DNA from: Spirochaetia bacterium
GTDB lineage: Bacteria; Spirochaetota; Spirochaetia; SZUA-6; Bin103
Direction of reading: 5' to 3'
Assembly: GCA_965203515.1 (NCBI GenBank)
Contig: OZ241907.1
Coordinates: 3,072,001 to 3,136,000, forward strand
Length of the DNA: 64,000 nt
The position numbers and the translations under genes are program-made. Below, in pieces: positions 19,542-30,865 of this stretch (its first letter is position 1; the number at the start of each line of letters is the position of its first letter). The notes beneath the pieces were generated by a model. It did no database searches, was not told the origin of the DNA, and saw only the letters and a program-made list of their open reading frames with translations.

Positions 19542-21086
19542 TCAGGCGCGCTCCACCTGGAAGGCGGCCACGTTGCGGGTCTCCTTGCTGAACTCCACGC
19601 CGATCAGGTAGATCGGCTGCCCCCGGCCGCGGTACTTGTCGGCGTAGCGCCACGCCCGCAACTGCGCCAGCGCGGCGCCTTCCGGCTCCAGCTCCACCAC
19701 CTTGAACTCGAACAGGTAGACCGCGCCGTTGAACCGCACGGTCAGGTCGACGCGCCCGCGGCTGCTCGCGTCCTCCACCGTGAGGTCGAGCTCCAGGCCC
19801 GCGAAGTAGGAGTAGAACACGCTGGCGTAGAAGCCTTCGTAGGCGGCGATGTCGTTGTTCGTGTACCACTGGTACGGGATGCTGGCGAAGAACGCCTCGA
19901 ACAGCTCCTTGAGCCCGGCAAAGTCGTTCGCCTGCAGCAGGTCGTAGAGCCGGGCGCTGTGCTCCACGCGCCGGGCCGGGTCGCCGGTCAGCCGGTTCAG
20001 CAGGCTTTCGTTCAGACTTTGCCGCACCTCCAGGTTCGGGTAGCCCAGCCGATACCAGGTGCGGTTCCCGCGCCGCTCGGTGCGGCGGATCGTCAGGTAG
20101 CCGGTCTGGAACAGCAGCGCCTCGGTGCCGACGTGGCCGACGTCGAACGCCGACAGCAGGTCGTCGCTGCCCAACATGTCGTCCAGGGCCAGGGCGCTCA
20201 CCTTGCGCGCGACCAGGGTGTCGACCAGGAAGGTGGGCGTCGCCGTCTCGAACCACCAGGCGTTGAACTCCCGGTTGCGAAACAGCAGCAGGATGTCGAA
20301 CGGGTTGTAGACCCGCTGCTCCCCGCGCCAGTTGTAGCCGTCGTACCAGGCGCGAATCGCCTGCCGGTCCAGGCCGGCGAGCTCGGCCGCGAACACCGTG
20401 TCCAGGTCGGCATCGGTGTAGCCGCAGATCGCCGCGTAGCGCGGGTCGAGCGTGATGTCGGTCAGGTTGTTCAGGCCGGAGAGCAGGCTCGCCTTGGAGA
20501 ACTTGCTGACCCCGGTGAGGAAGGCGAACCGGAGGTCCGCGTCGCAGGTCTTGATGGTCGCGTACAGGCCGCGCAGGTAGTCGCGGTTGGCGCGGGCGAT
20601 TTCCGGGGTCTCCAGCGCGTCCAGGATCGGCTTGTCGTACTCGTCGACCAGCACCACCACCGGCTGCTCCGCCTGCCGGCGCAACGCCCGGATCAGATGA
20701 CGGAAGCGGACCGGCGCCGTGGCGTAGCGCGGCGCGATGCCGGCGTCCTCGGCCACCGCCTCCAGTTGCGCCATCACGTCCTCGTGGAGACCGCCCGGCT
20801 CCAGGTAGCTGCCGCTCCCGAAGTCGAGCCGCACCACCGGATGCCGAACCGACCAGTCCCGGTCGTGGATCGCCAGCCCCCGGAACAGCGCCTCGTTGCC
20901 TTCGAACAGCTCCTTCAGCGTGTCGAGCAGCAGGCTCTTGCCGAAGCGCCGCGGCCGTGACAGGAAGTAGTGCTTGCCGCCGTCGACCAGCCGCCGGATC
21001 CAGGCGGTCTTGTCGACGTAGTAGCAGCCCTCCCGGCGGATCTCCCGGAACGTCTGGATGCCGATCGGCAATCCGCGCCTCGTCAT
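19542..21086 (-). CDS. AAA-ATPase-like protein with C-terminal PD-(D/E)XK (PDDEXK_9) nuclease domain
   Basis: MTRRGLPIGIQTF, YYVDKT, SRPRRFGKSL, LVDEYDKP, FLTGVSKF and GRVDL....YLFEFK; real start ATG 21086 inside the longer track ORF. Confidence 0.92.
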   Translation of the reverse strand: MTRRGLPIGIQTFREIRREGCYYVDKTAWIRRLVDGGKHYFLSRPRRFGKSLLLDTLKELFEGNEALFRGLAIHDRDWSVRHPVVRLDFGSGSYLEPGGLHEDVMAQLEAVAEDAGIAPRYATAPVRFRHLIRALRRQAEQPVVVLVDEYDKPILDALETPEIARANRDYLRGLYATIKTCDADLRFAFLTGVSKFSKASLLSGLNNLTDITLDPRYAAICGYTDADLDTVFAAELAGLDRQAIRAWYDGYNWRGEQRVYNPFDILLLFRNREFNAWWFETATPTFLVDTLVARKVSALALDDMLGSDDLLSAFDVGHVGTEALLFQTGYLTIRRTERRGNRTWYRLGYPNLEVRQSLNESLLNRLTGDPARRVEHSARLYDLLQANDFAGLKELFEAFFASIPYQWYTNNDIAAYEGFYASVFYSYFAGLELDLTVEDASSRGRVDLTVRFNGAVYLFEFKVVELEPEGAALAQLRAWRYADKYRGRGQPIYLIGVEFSKETRNVAAFQVERA

Positions 21087-21218
21087 GACCGCGTCGCTCG
21101 CACGGACCGTCTCCGGTACGCCCCCGCTCCCGCCACGTCGTCGACGAGCCCGTGCGATCTCTGAGCCTGCATCGGCTTGACCGCGAAGACAACCTGCCGC
21201 AACGCTGTCGGCATAATC

Positions 21219-21830
21219 GTGCCGCCGCTCTCCGCCCTGCATGACGGCCTGGACGCGCTCGGCCTGGATGCCGACGCCGGCGCGCTGGCGGCGTTCGTGG
21301 CCGAGCTCGAACGCTGGAACCGGGTCTACCGGTTCGTCAAGGCGGACCGCGAGCGGCTGGTCACCCACCACGTCCTGGACGGGCTGACGGCGGTCCCGCT
21401 GGTGCGGCGGTTCGGTCCGGCGGTCGCCGACCTGGGCTCCGGCGCCGGCCTGCCGGCGATCCCGCTGGCGATCGCCCTGCCGCGGCTCTCCTTCACGCTG
21501 ATCGAGCGCTCGGAAAAGCGCCGCGCGTTTCTCTTCTCGGTGGCGGCGCACCTGGGGCTGAGCAACGCGCGGGTCGTCGCGCACGCCGCCGGCGAGCGGT
21601 TCGACCTGGTCACCGCGCGCGCCGTCGCGCCGCTGCCGGAGCTGGCCGCCGCCGTGGCCCGCGAACGCCTGGCGCCGCGCCTGCTGGCCTGGGCCGGCAC
21701 GCGCGCGGCGATCGACGCGGCGCTGCCCGGATTGCCGTATCCTGCGGCCGTGCAGCGCGTCCGGGTGCCGGGACTGGCCGCCGAACGCCACTTGGTGACC
21801 GTCGAGCTGCCCGCCCGGGCCGGGCCGTGA
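21219..21830 (+). CDS. rsmG: 16S rRNA m7G527 methyltransferase
   Basis: HVLDGL, DLGSGAGLPAIPLAI, KRRAFL, FDLVTARAVA and ERHLV; start uncertain (21177-21219). Confidence 0.85.
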   Translation: MPPLSALHDGLDALGLDADAGALAAFVAELERWNRVYRFVKADRERLVTHHVLDGLTAVPLVRRFGPAVADLGSGAGLPAIPLAIALPRLSFTLIERSEKRRAFLFSVAAHLGLSNARVVAHAAGERFDLVTARAVAPLPELAAAVARERLAPRLLAWAGTRAAIDAALPGLPYPAAVQRVRVPGLAAERHLVTVELPARAGP

Positions 21831-22645
21831 GCATCTTCGAAGCGCTGGGACTGGGGTTGCTGCAGGGCGCGACCGAGTTCCTGCCGATCTCCAGCTCCGG
21901 CCACCTGATCGCAGCGCGGGCATGGCTGGGGATCGAGGAGCCGCCGCTGCTGTTCGACGTGTCGCTGCACGTCGCCACGCTCCTGGTGATCTGCTACCGG
22001 TTCCGCGCCCGCTTGGCCGCGCTGGCGCGCGCCGCGGCGCTGCTGGTCACCGGGCGGACGGCGGCGGCCGACCGCGGCGACCTGCAATTGCTGGCGGCGA
22101 TCGTGACCGCCTCCGCGGCCACCGCGGTCGTCGGCCTGGCGGTCAGCCGCTTCCTGCTCCCGTCGGCCCGTACGCTCACCGCCGTCTCCGCCGCGTTCAT
22201 CGCCACCGCCGTCCTCCTGCTCGCCACCCGACTGCGGGCGAAGGCCCCGCCAAGCGCCCGCCAGCCCGGCGCCCGCCAGCCGGCCCTGTGGCTGGCGATC
22301 GCGGTCGGCATCGCGCAGGGGATCGCCGTCCTGCCGGGTATCTCGCGCGCCGGCGCCACCGTCGCCGTCTGCCTGTTCGGCGGAATGGACCGCCGCGGCG
22401 CCGGCGAGTTTGCCTTTCTGGTATCGGTGCCGGCGGTGCTGGGGGCGCTGGCGCTGAGCCTCGACGACGCCGGCGGCCTGTTCCGGGCGACCGGCGCCGC
22501 GGCGCTGGCGACCGGATTCGCCGCCGCGCTGCTGATGGGGGCGCTCTGCCTGAGCGCCCTGCTGGCGGTCCTGCGCCGCGACCGGCTGGCGTGGTTCGCG
22601 GCCTACCTGCTGCCGCTCGGCGCCGCCGGCCTGCTGCTGCGCTAG
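21827..22645 (+). CDS. uppP: Undecaprenyl-diphosphate phosphatase
   Basis: LQGATEFLPISSSGHL and AVLPGISRAGAT. Confidence 0.93.
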   Translation: MSIFEALGLGLLQGATEFLPISSSGHLIAARAWLGIEEPPLLFDVSLHVATLLVICYRFRARLAALARAAALLVTGRTAAADRGDLQLLAAIVTASAATAVVGLAVSRFLLPSARTLTAVSAAFIATAVLLLATRLRAKAPPSARQPGARQPALWLAIAVGIAQGIAVLPGISRAGATVAVCLFGGMDRRGAGEFAFLVSVPAVLGALALSLDDAGGLFRATGAAALATGFAAALLMGALCLSALLAVLRRDRLAWFAAYLLPLGAAGLLLR

Positions 22646-22724
22646 GCCAGGCCAGGCTGGCCGCCGAACGCCTCGACTTCAGCCGCCGCCGCCGGTCTGC
22701 CGATAAGGCAGGTGAGGAGGCGGG

Positions 22725-25049
22725 GTGGCTACGCACGATCCGACGCCCGCGCGCGTCAGCTTGATGGAACGGATGCCGGAGTGGTCCAACTGGGCCCTGG
22801 CGATCGCTGCCGCGGTGATGGCCAGCGTGTTGTGCCTGTCGACGGTGCTGGAAGCGTTTTCCGGCGAACAGCTCCGGCAGCAGCCGGGCGCCGTGCTGCT
22901 GCTCGCTCCCGGAGCGTTCCTGATACGCAGCCTGAGCTGGGCGGCGATGCTGGTGCCGCTCTACCTGTACGCGGTCGCCTATGCGGTCGGCCGGCCGTCC
23001 GATCAGCGCGTGCCGAGCCTGCACATGGCGTTGCCGGTGGCCGTGCTCATCATCCCGATCGCCGCCTCCCTGTCGCACATCCTGACCATGGCCGAGCCGC
23101 CGCCGTTTCCCGCCGCGCTCGTCGGCGCCATGGGGCGGCCCACCAGCGTGCTGCTGCTGTTCGTGCTGCTGCTGACGGCCGGCGCCGCGGTGGTGCTGCT
23201 GAGCGGCATCTCCCGGAAGCTGGGCATACCGGTGGCGCTGCTGGCGCCGCCCGAACCGCTCCGCGACGAGCCCGCCGCAGAGCCGCCGCCCGAACCCGAG
23301 CCGGCCCCCGAGCCGGTCGATCGATACGACGGGGCGAAGATCCTGCAGAGCCGGGAGCCCTTCATGGCGATCCTGGCCGCAGCGACGCCGGCCGCGGCGC
23401 CGGCGGCCTCCGCAGAGCCGGGGACGTCAGAGCCCCCGGCGCCGTCCGAGCCACCGACACCGCCCGAGCCACCGACACCGCCCGAGCCACCGGCGCCGTT
23501 CGAAGCCCCGGCGCCGCCCGAGCCACCGGCGCCGCCCGAAGCCCCGGCGCCGCCCGGCCCGGCGGTACGCCCGGCTCCCCGCCGCGCCGCCTCCCGCACC
23601 GGCGCCGGCCGCAACGGGACCGCGCACGACTCGCCGGCGCCGGCCGACGGCGGCTACCACGTGCCGATCGACCGACTGCTGGACGAGCACTACAACCGCC
23701 CCGACGCCGAGCTGCAGGCCGAAGCGGAACAGAACGCCGTGGTGCTCAAGGAGACGCTGCAGGAGTTCCGCATCAGCGCCGAGGTGACCGGCATCAGCCG
23801 CGGGCCGGCGATCACGATGTACGAGATCCTGCCCGCCGCCGGCGTGAAGCTCTCCTCGATCGTCAACCTGGCCGACAACATCGCGCTGCAGCTCGCCGCC
23901 TCGCGCGTGCGCATCGTCGCTCCGATCCCCGGCAAGCACGCGGTCGGCATCGAGGTGCCCAACCGCTCCCGCGCCATCGTCGGCTTCCGCACCCTCCTCG
24001 AGCACAAGGACTTCCGCGCCGCGTCGACCAAGCTGCCGATCGGCCTGGGACAGGGGATCTCCGGCGAGTGCCAGATCGTCGACCTGGCGCAGACGCCGCA
24101 CCTGCTGATCGCCGGCGCGACCGGATCGGGCAAGTCGGTGTGCGTCAACTCGATCATCTGCTCCCTGATCTGCGCGCGCACGCCGGAGCAGCTCCGCCTG
24201 CTGCTCATCGACCCCAAGATCGTCGAGCTCAAGTTCTACAACGACATCCCGCACCTGCTGACGCCGGTGATCACCGAATCGAAGCGCGCGTTCCAGGCGC
24301 TCCAGTACTGCCTGTTCGAGATGGAGCGGCGCTACTCCCTGCTCGACGAGGTCGGCGTCCGCGACATCACCTCCTTCAACCGCAAGGCCGCCGAGCAGCT
24401 CCCCTACATCGTCATCATCATCGACGAGTTGGCCGACCTGATGGCCACCAGCGGCAAGGAGCTGGAAGCGACCCTGGCGCGGCTGGCGGCCATGGCGCGC
24501 GCGGTCGGCATGCACATCGTGCTGGCCACGCAGCGGCCGTCGATCGACGTCATCACCGGCCTGATCAAGGCCAACATTCCGTCGCGCATCGCCTTCATGG
24601 TCGCCAGCAAGTTCGACTCGCGCATCATCATCGACGGCGTCGGCGCGGAGAAGCTGCTCGGCCGCGGCGACATGCTGTTCGCATCGGCCTGGGACCCGGC
24701 GCCGGTGCGCATCCAGGGCGCGTTTCTCTCCGACGAAGAGGTCGAGGCGGTCGCCGATCACGTCCGCACGCTCGGCGAGCCCGACTACGTCGACGAGGAC
24801 GTGCTGTTCGAGGAGGAGGAGCTGGACGGGCCGATCGCCGAAGGGAGCGACGATCCGGTCATGGAGCAGGCGCTCGACATCGTGCTGTCGGCCGGCAAGG
24901 CGTCCGCCTCCTACCTGCAGCGCAAGCTCAAGATCGGCTACAACCGCGCCGCGCGGCTGGTCGAGGAGATGGAAGCGCGCGGCATCGTCGGCCCGTCGCA
25001 GGGCAGCAAGGCGCGCGAGGTCGTGCACGTCCCCAGCCGTTCCGATTGA
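22725..25049 (+). CDS. ftsK: DNA translocase FtsK/SpoIIIE
   Basis: N-terminal TMs, Pro-rich linker, PHLLIAGATGSGKSV, IIDELADLM, LATQRPS and gamma domain LQRKLKIGYNRAARL. Confidence 0.96.
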   Translation: MATHDPTPARVSLMERMPEWSNWALAIAAAVMASVLCLSTVLEAFSGEQLRQQPGAVLLLAPGAFLIRSLSWAAMLVPLYLYAVAYAVGRPSDQRVPSLHMALPVAVLIIPIAASLSHILTMAEPPPFPAALVGAMGRPTSVLLLFVLLLTAGAAVVLLSGISRKLGIPVALLAPPEPLRDEPAAEPPPEPEPAPEPVDRYDGAKILQSREPFMAILAAATPAAAPAASAEPGTSEPPAPSEPPTPPEPPTPPEPPAPFEAPAPPEPPAPPEAPAPPGPAVRPAPRRAASRTGAGRNGTAHDSPAPADGGYHVPIDRLLDEHYNRPDAELQAEAEQNAVVLKETLQEFRISAEVTGISRGPAITMYEILPAAGVKLSSIVNLADNIALQLAASRVRIVAPIPGKHAVGIEVPNRSRAIVGFRTLLEHKDFRAASTKLPIGLGQGISGECQIVDLAQTPHLLIAGATGSGKSVCVNSIICSLICARTPEQLRLLLIDPKIVELKFYNDIPHLLTPVITESKRAFQALQYCLFEMERRYSLLDEVGVRDITSFNRKAAEQLPYIVIIIDELADLMATSGKELEATLARLAAMARAVGMHIVLATQRPSIDVITGLIKANIPSRIAFMVASKFDSRIIIDGVGAEKLLGRGDMLFASAWDPAPVRIQGAFLSDEEVEAVADHVRTLGEPDYVDEDVLFEEEELDGPIAEGSDDPVMEQALDIVLSAGKASASYLQRKLKIGYNRAARLVEEMEARGIVGPSQGSKAREVVHVPSRSD
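23429..23557 (+). repeat. 18-bp tandem repeat (about 7 units) encoding E(P/A)P(A/T)PP-type hexapeptides in the FtsK linker
   Basis: GAGCCACCGACACCGCCC / GAAGCCCCGGCGCCGCCC units; protein SEPPAPSEPPTPPEPPTPPEPPAPFEAPAPPEPPAPPEAPAPP. Confidence 0.85.
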
Positions 25050-25070
25050 CCGCGGCCGCCGCCGCGGCGG

Positions 25071-25523
25071 TCAGCTCGACGAGGGGTCGGCCGGCAAGAA
25101 GAAGGTCGCCTGCGCCTCCGCGATCGTCGCGCCGCCGGCGGCGAGCCGCGCCGCGGCGGTGACCACGCGCCGCCGCTCGGAGAGGATGCGCCCGGTCGCC
25201 TCCACCGCCGTGCCGACCCGCACCGGTCGCCGGAAGCGGACCGAGATCTCGCCCGTGAAGCCGTGCAACCCCTTGCCGGCGCAGGCGTGCGCCATGGTCT
25301 CGTCGAGCACCATGGCCAACAGACCGCCGTGCACGACGTCCTTCCAGCCGGTGAAGTGAGCGGGGATGACGAACGAGGCGGCCGCCTCGCCGGGTTGCGG
25401 ATAGCGAAAGCGGAGCTTGAGTCCCTGCGCGTTGGACTCCCCGCAACAGAAGCAGTGCGGATCGAGGGTGGGCGGATCGAGAGCGGGCGGATCGACGGCG
25501 GGCCGGGCGGTCACGGGTCGCAT
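25071..25523 (-). CDS. PaaI-family hot-dog thioesterase
   Basis: CFCCGESNAQGL, VVHGGLLAMVLDE and VRFRRPV; ATG 25523 lies 6 nt after TATGCT. Confidence 0.88.
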   Translation of the reverse strand: MRPVTARPAVDPPALDPPTLDPHCFCCGESNAQGLKLRFRYPQPGEAAASFVIPAHFTGWKDVVHGGLLAMVLDETMAHACAGKGLHGFTGEISVRFRRPVRVGTAVEATGRILSERRRVVTAAARLAAGGATIAEAQATFFLPADPSSS

Positions 25524-25613
25524 GGCGGTAGCATACGCCGGCCGTTTGGCTGATACTCGCAGGCGGACCGGCGTTCGCGCGCGGCGGGGCGCCGGGCGAG
25601 GAGTCGGCACGAC

Positions 25614-26477
25614 ATGGGCGCAGCGATCGAGGTCCGCGATCTGAAGTACTCCTATGGCGACATCCGGGCGGTGCGCGGGATCAGCTTCGAGGTGGCCGCC
25701 GGCGAGGTGCTCGGCTTCCTGGGGCCCAACGGCGCCGGCAAGTCGACCACGATCCGCATCCTGATCGGCCGCATGCGCCCGCAATCCGGCGCCGCGCGCG
25801 TGCTGGGCGCCGACGTGACCGCCGACGATCCGGCGATGCAGGCGCGCATCGGCGTCTGCTTCGAGGAGAAGAACCTCTACGAGTCGATGACGGCCGAGGA
25901 GAACCTGCGCTTCTTCGCCAGCCTGTTCGGCATCAGACGTCTCGACCCGGCCCCGCTGCTGGCGCGCGTGGGGTTGGCCGACCGCGCCTGCGACCGCGTC
26001 GGCAAGTACTCCAAGGGGATGCGGCAGCGGCTGATGATCGCCCGCGCGCTGGTCAACGCTCCCGACGTGCTGTTCCTGGACGAGCCGACCGACGGTCTGG
26101 ACCCGGTCTCCGCCGCCGCCATCCGCCGCCTGATCCGGGAGGAGGCGGCGCGCGGCGCGGCGGTCCTACTGACCACGCACGACATGCACGAGGCGGACGA
26201 GCTCTCCGACCGCGTGGCGTTCATCAACGAGGGCGCGCTGTACGCGGTCGATACGCCCGAGTCGCTCAAGCTGCGCCACGGCACCCGGTCGGCGCGGGTG
26301 CAGGTGCGCCGCGACGACGGCGCGTTGATCGAACGCCGCATAGACCTGGACGCCGACGGGGCGGACGAGGCGCTGCGCGCCGCGCTCAACGCGCCGGAGC
26401 TGGTCACCGTGCACACCGAAGAGGCATCGCTGGAGGCGATCTTCATCGAGATGACCGGCCGGCAGCTCGCCGGATGA
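25614..26477 (+). CDS. ABC-2 exporter ATP-binding protein
   Basis: GPNGAGKST, YSKGMRQRL, LFLDEPT and TTHDM. Confidence 0.93.
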   Translation: MGAAIEVRDLKYSYGDIRAVRGISFEVAAGEVLGFLGPNGAGKSTTIRILIGRMRPQSGAARVLGADVTADDPAMQARIGVCFEEKNLYESMTAEENLRFFASLFGIRRLDPAPLLARVGLADRACDRVGKYSKGMRQRLMIARALVNAPDVLFLDEPTDGLDPVSAAAIRRLIREEAARGAAVLLTTHDMHEADELSDRVAFINEGALYAVDTPESLKLRHGTRSARVQVRRDDGALIERRIDLDADGADEALRAALNAPELVTVHTEEASLEAIFIEMTGRQLAG

Positions 26478-27658
26478 CCCGCACCGTGTCCCGGCCGGCG
26501 ATCATCGGCGCGATCATCGCCAAGGACGCCCGCGAGTACGTGCGCGACCGCCTGTGGCTGTTCCTGACCGCGCTCTCGCTGGCGTTTCTGATCGTGGTCT
26601 TCTGGCTGCTGCCGAATCGCGTGAACGAATCGATCGCCGTGGGCGTCAGCGGCATCGACGCGGCGGCCGTTCGGGCCGCCAGCGGCGCCGGCGGCGAGGC
26701 GGGGCTGCAGGTGATCCCATTCCCGGACGCCGACGGCCTGCGGGCGGTCGTGGCCGGCGATCGCGCGGCGTGGCGCGATGAGTCCGGCCGGCTGACGGTC
26801 GCGCGGAGCGCGGACCGGCAGGCGCCGCGCGGCGCGGAGGCGGTGCGGGTGGCGATCGGCCTGACGTTTCCCGATCGATTCTTCGCCGACCTGCAGGCCG
26901 GGCGGCGCGCCGCGGTCGAAGTCCTGGTCGACGCCGGCGTGCCGGAGGAGCTGCGCGCGGCGATGTCCGCCCTGGTCCGCGAGCTGGCGTACGCGGTCGC
27001 CGGCGCGCCGCTGCCGGTGAGCATCCCGGACCCGCAGACGCTCTACACGGTCGTGGGCGAAGATCGGGTCGGCTCCCAGGTGACCGCTCGGGAGCTGTTT
27101 CGGCCGATCGTCGTGGTCATGGTCCTGCTCATGGAGCTGTTCGGCATGTCGTCGCTGATCTCCCGCGAGCTGCATGCCGGCACCGCCGCGGCCCTGCTGG
27201 TCACGCCGGCCACGGCCGCCGACCTGCTGGCCGCCAAGTGGCTCACCGGCATCGCGCTGGGGCTGGCGCAGGGCGTGGTGCTGCTGGCCGCCATCGGGCT
27301 GTGGTCGACGGAGCCGCTGCTGCTGGCGACGCTGATGGTCGCCGGCGCGGCGCTGGTATCCAGCGCGGCGATGATCGCCGGGTGCATCGGCCGGGACATG
27401 ATGGCCAACCTGCTCGGCGGGCTGGTCTTCATGGTGCCGATGATGATTCCGGCGATGGCGGCGCTGTTTCCGGGCAGCGCCTCAGCGTGGGTTCGCGTGC
27501 TGCCGACCTGGCCGCTGGTGCGGGCGTTGATCGACGTGACCGCGCACGGCGCCCGCTGGGCCGACGCCGCCGGCCATCTGGGCCTGTCGCTGGCCTGGGC
27601 GGCCGCCTTCTTCACGGCCGGCTGGCTGGTCCTGCGGCGGCGGGTACGCTCCGCATGA
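26474..27658 (+). CDS. ABC-2 exporter permease
   Basis: N-terminal TM, extracytoplasmic domain and five C-terminal TMs; E...GT..ALLVTP motif; coupled to the ATPase. Confidence 0.85.
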   Translation: MTRTVSRPAIIGAIIAKDAREYVRDRLWLFLTALSLAFLIVVFWLLPNRVNESIAVGVSGIDAAAVRAASGAGGEAGLQVIPFPDADGLRAVVAGDRAAWRDESGRLTVARSADRQAPRGAEAVRVAIGLTFPDRFFADLQAGRRAAVEVLVDAGVPEELRAAMSALVRELAYAVAGAPLPVSIPDPQTLYTVVGEDRVGSQVTARELFRPIVVVMVLLMELFGMSSLISRELHAGTAAALLVTPATAADLLAAKWLTGIALGLAQGVVLLAAIGLWSTEPLLLATLMVAGAALVSSAAMIAGCIGRDMMANLLGGLVFMVPMMIPAMAALFPGSASAWVRVLPTWPLVRALIDVTAHGARWADAAGHLGLSLAWAAAFFTAGWLVLRRRVRSA

Positions 27659-27698
27659 GATCATCGGTACGCCGCATGAGCGGCAGGAGGGCGCTGCG

Positions 27699-28763
27699 AT
27701 GAACCTGAACCGCGTGCTGTCGATCCTGGGCAAGGACCTGCGGCTCGGCCCCCGCTCGCCGATGGTCCTGTACGGGCTGCTGGTGCCGTTCGTGCTGACC
27801 GCGCTGATCCAAGTCGTGTTCGGATCGCTGTTCGACCCGCAGCCGCGGCTCGGCATCGTCGATCGGGGCGCCTCCGGGATCACCGCCGCGCTGGCCGGGG
27901 CCGGCGGCATCGAGCTCTCCCGCCTCGATGACGAGGAAGAGCTGCGCAGCCGCCTCGCCTCCCACGACCTGGACGCGGGGCTGGTGCTGTCGGCGGACTT
28001 CGACGACCGCGTGCGGGCCGGCGCGCGACCGCCGCTGGAGCTCTTCGTGGGCGGGCAGGCGCGCGCCGCCGACCGGATCGTCCTGGCCGTCACGGCGCTC
28101 GACCTGATCCGCCGGGTGGAAGGATCGCCGCCGCCGGTGGAGGTGACCGTCACCCCCCTCGGCTCGACCGCCGTGCCGATCGCCGCGCGCCTGACGCCGC
28201 TGCTGGTGATGTACGCGCTGATCATCGTCGGCGTCTACCTGCCGGCGCTGAGCCTGGCCGAGGAGCAGGCGCACGGGACGCTGCTGGCGCTGTCGGTGAC
28301 GCCGGCCCGGCTGGGCGAGGTGGTGGCGGCCAAGGGGATCGCCGGCTTCGTGCTGGGCGGGATCATGTCGCTGGTCACCCTGTGGCTCAACGGCGCGCTG
28401 CGCGGCGGCACGGTGCCGCTGGCGGCGGCGGTGCTGCTCGCCGCCGGGCTGTGCGCGCAGCTCGGGCTCATCTACGGGACGGCCGCCAAGGACCCGACCG
28501 CCCTGTACGCCCTGATGAAGGGGACCGGCTTCCTGCTGATCGGCCCGACCGTCTTCTACGTCTTCCCGCACTGGCCGCAGTGGATCCCCAAGCTGCTGCC
28601 GACCTACTGGATCATCAACCCGATCTTCGAGGTGACGCTGAACGGCGCCCGGTTCGACGACGTATGGGGCGAACTGGCCGCGGCGGCCGGCATCATCGCC
28701 GCCCTGTGCGTGCCGGTCGCGGCCCTCACCCGGCGCCTCTCCGCCCGGCTGGCGGCCGGCTGA
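27699..28763 (+). CDS. ABC-2 exporter permease
   Basis: Paralogous architecture; EEQAHGTLLALSVTP and LPTYW. Confidence 0.85.
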   Translation: MNLNRVLSILGKDLRLGPRSPMVLYGLLVPFVLTALIQVVFGSLFDPQPRLGIVDRGASGITAALAGAGGIELSRLDDEEELRSRLASHDLDAGLVLSADFDDRVRAGARPPLELFVGGQARAADRIVLAVTALDLIRRVEGSPPPVEVTVTPLGSTAVPIAARLTPLLVMYALIIVGVYLPALSLAEEQAHGTLLALSVTPARLGEVVAAKGIAGFVLGGIMSLVTLWLNGALRGGTVPLAAAVLLAAGLCAQLGLIYGTAAKDPTALYALMKGTGFLLIGPTVFYVFPHWPQWIPKLLPTYWIINPIFEVTLNGARFDDVWGELAAAAGIIAALCVPVAALTRRLSARLAAG

Positions 28764-28773
28764 ACCGGCTCCG

Positions 28774-29818
<1,045 letters not shown>

Positions 29819-29826
<8 letters not shown>

Positions 29827-30832
29827 CCTCCGCATAGAGCGTACAGCGCACGTGATGCGCCGGTTCAACTTCCCGCAACGCGACTTCGGCCTGGCACGCG
29901 CGGGTCTTCCGCGCCGGACAGCGCGGATAGAACGCGCAGCCGGCGGGCACCGAGAAGGGGTCGGGGACGCTGCCCGGGATCGGCGCCAGGCGGCCCGGCA
30001 CGCCTCGGCCGACCTGCGGTATCGAACGCATCAACCCGACCGTGTACGGATGCAACGGGCGGTGGAACACGGTCCGTACGTCGCCGGCCTCCGCCACGCT
30101 GCCCATGTACATCACGGCGACCCGGTCGGCCATTTCGGCGATCACGCCCAGGTCGTGGGTAATCAGCAGGATCGCCATGCCCAGGTCCCGCTGCAGCGCC
30201 TTCATCAGCTCCAGGATCTGCGCCTGGATGGTGACGTCGAGCGCGGTGGTCGGCTCGTCGGCGATCAGCAGCGACGGATTGCAGGAGAGCGCCATGGCGA
30301 TCATGGCGCGCTGCCGCATGCCGCCGGAGAACTGGTGCGGGTAGCCGGCCAGCCGTTGTTCCGGCATGCCGATGCCGACCTGCCGCATCAGCTCGACCGC
30401 GCGCTCGCGCGCCGCGGCCTTGTCCGCCGCCTGATGGAGCCGCACCGTCTCTTCGATCTGATTGCCGATGGTGTGCACCGGCGACAGCGACGTGAGCGGC
30501 TCCTGGAAGATCATGGCGATCTCGTTACCGCGTATCTCCCGGATCAGGTCGCCGTTGGCGTCCAGCGCCGCCATGTCGACCGGCGGCCTCCCGTCGCGCC
30601 GATCGAACAGGATGCGGCCGCCCACGATGCGGCCGGTCCGGCGCGGCAGCAGCCGCAGCACGGAGAACGCCGTCACGCTCTTGCCGCAGCCGGACTCCCC
30701 CACCACGCCCAGCGTCTTGCCGGGATGCACCTCCAGCGACACGCCGTCCACCGCGCGCACCACGCCGTCGAGGGTCGTGAAGTGCGTTCGCAGCTCCTCG
30801 ATCCGCAGCAGCGGCCGCTCGCCGTTCGTCAC
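29819..30832 (-). CDS. oppD: Opp/Dpp-family ABC ATPase (OppD)
   Basis: [20 protein letters not shown] and [10 protein letters not shown]. Confidence 0.92.
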
Positions 30833-30865
30833 CGACGCCGCCGGTCCCCGGACGCCGCCGCCCGT

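Noticed and set aside
18078..21192. Very long ORFs 18078..20960 (+) and 18205..21192 (-), and similar long shadow ORFs elsewhere (e.g. 10186..12399, 22712..25162, 33038..35197, 47880..49793)
   Set aside because: Antisense or off-frame shadows of well-supported genes, expected in high-GC DNA with few stop codons; Arg/Pro/Gly-rich with no family motifs.
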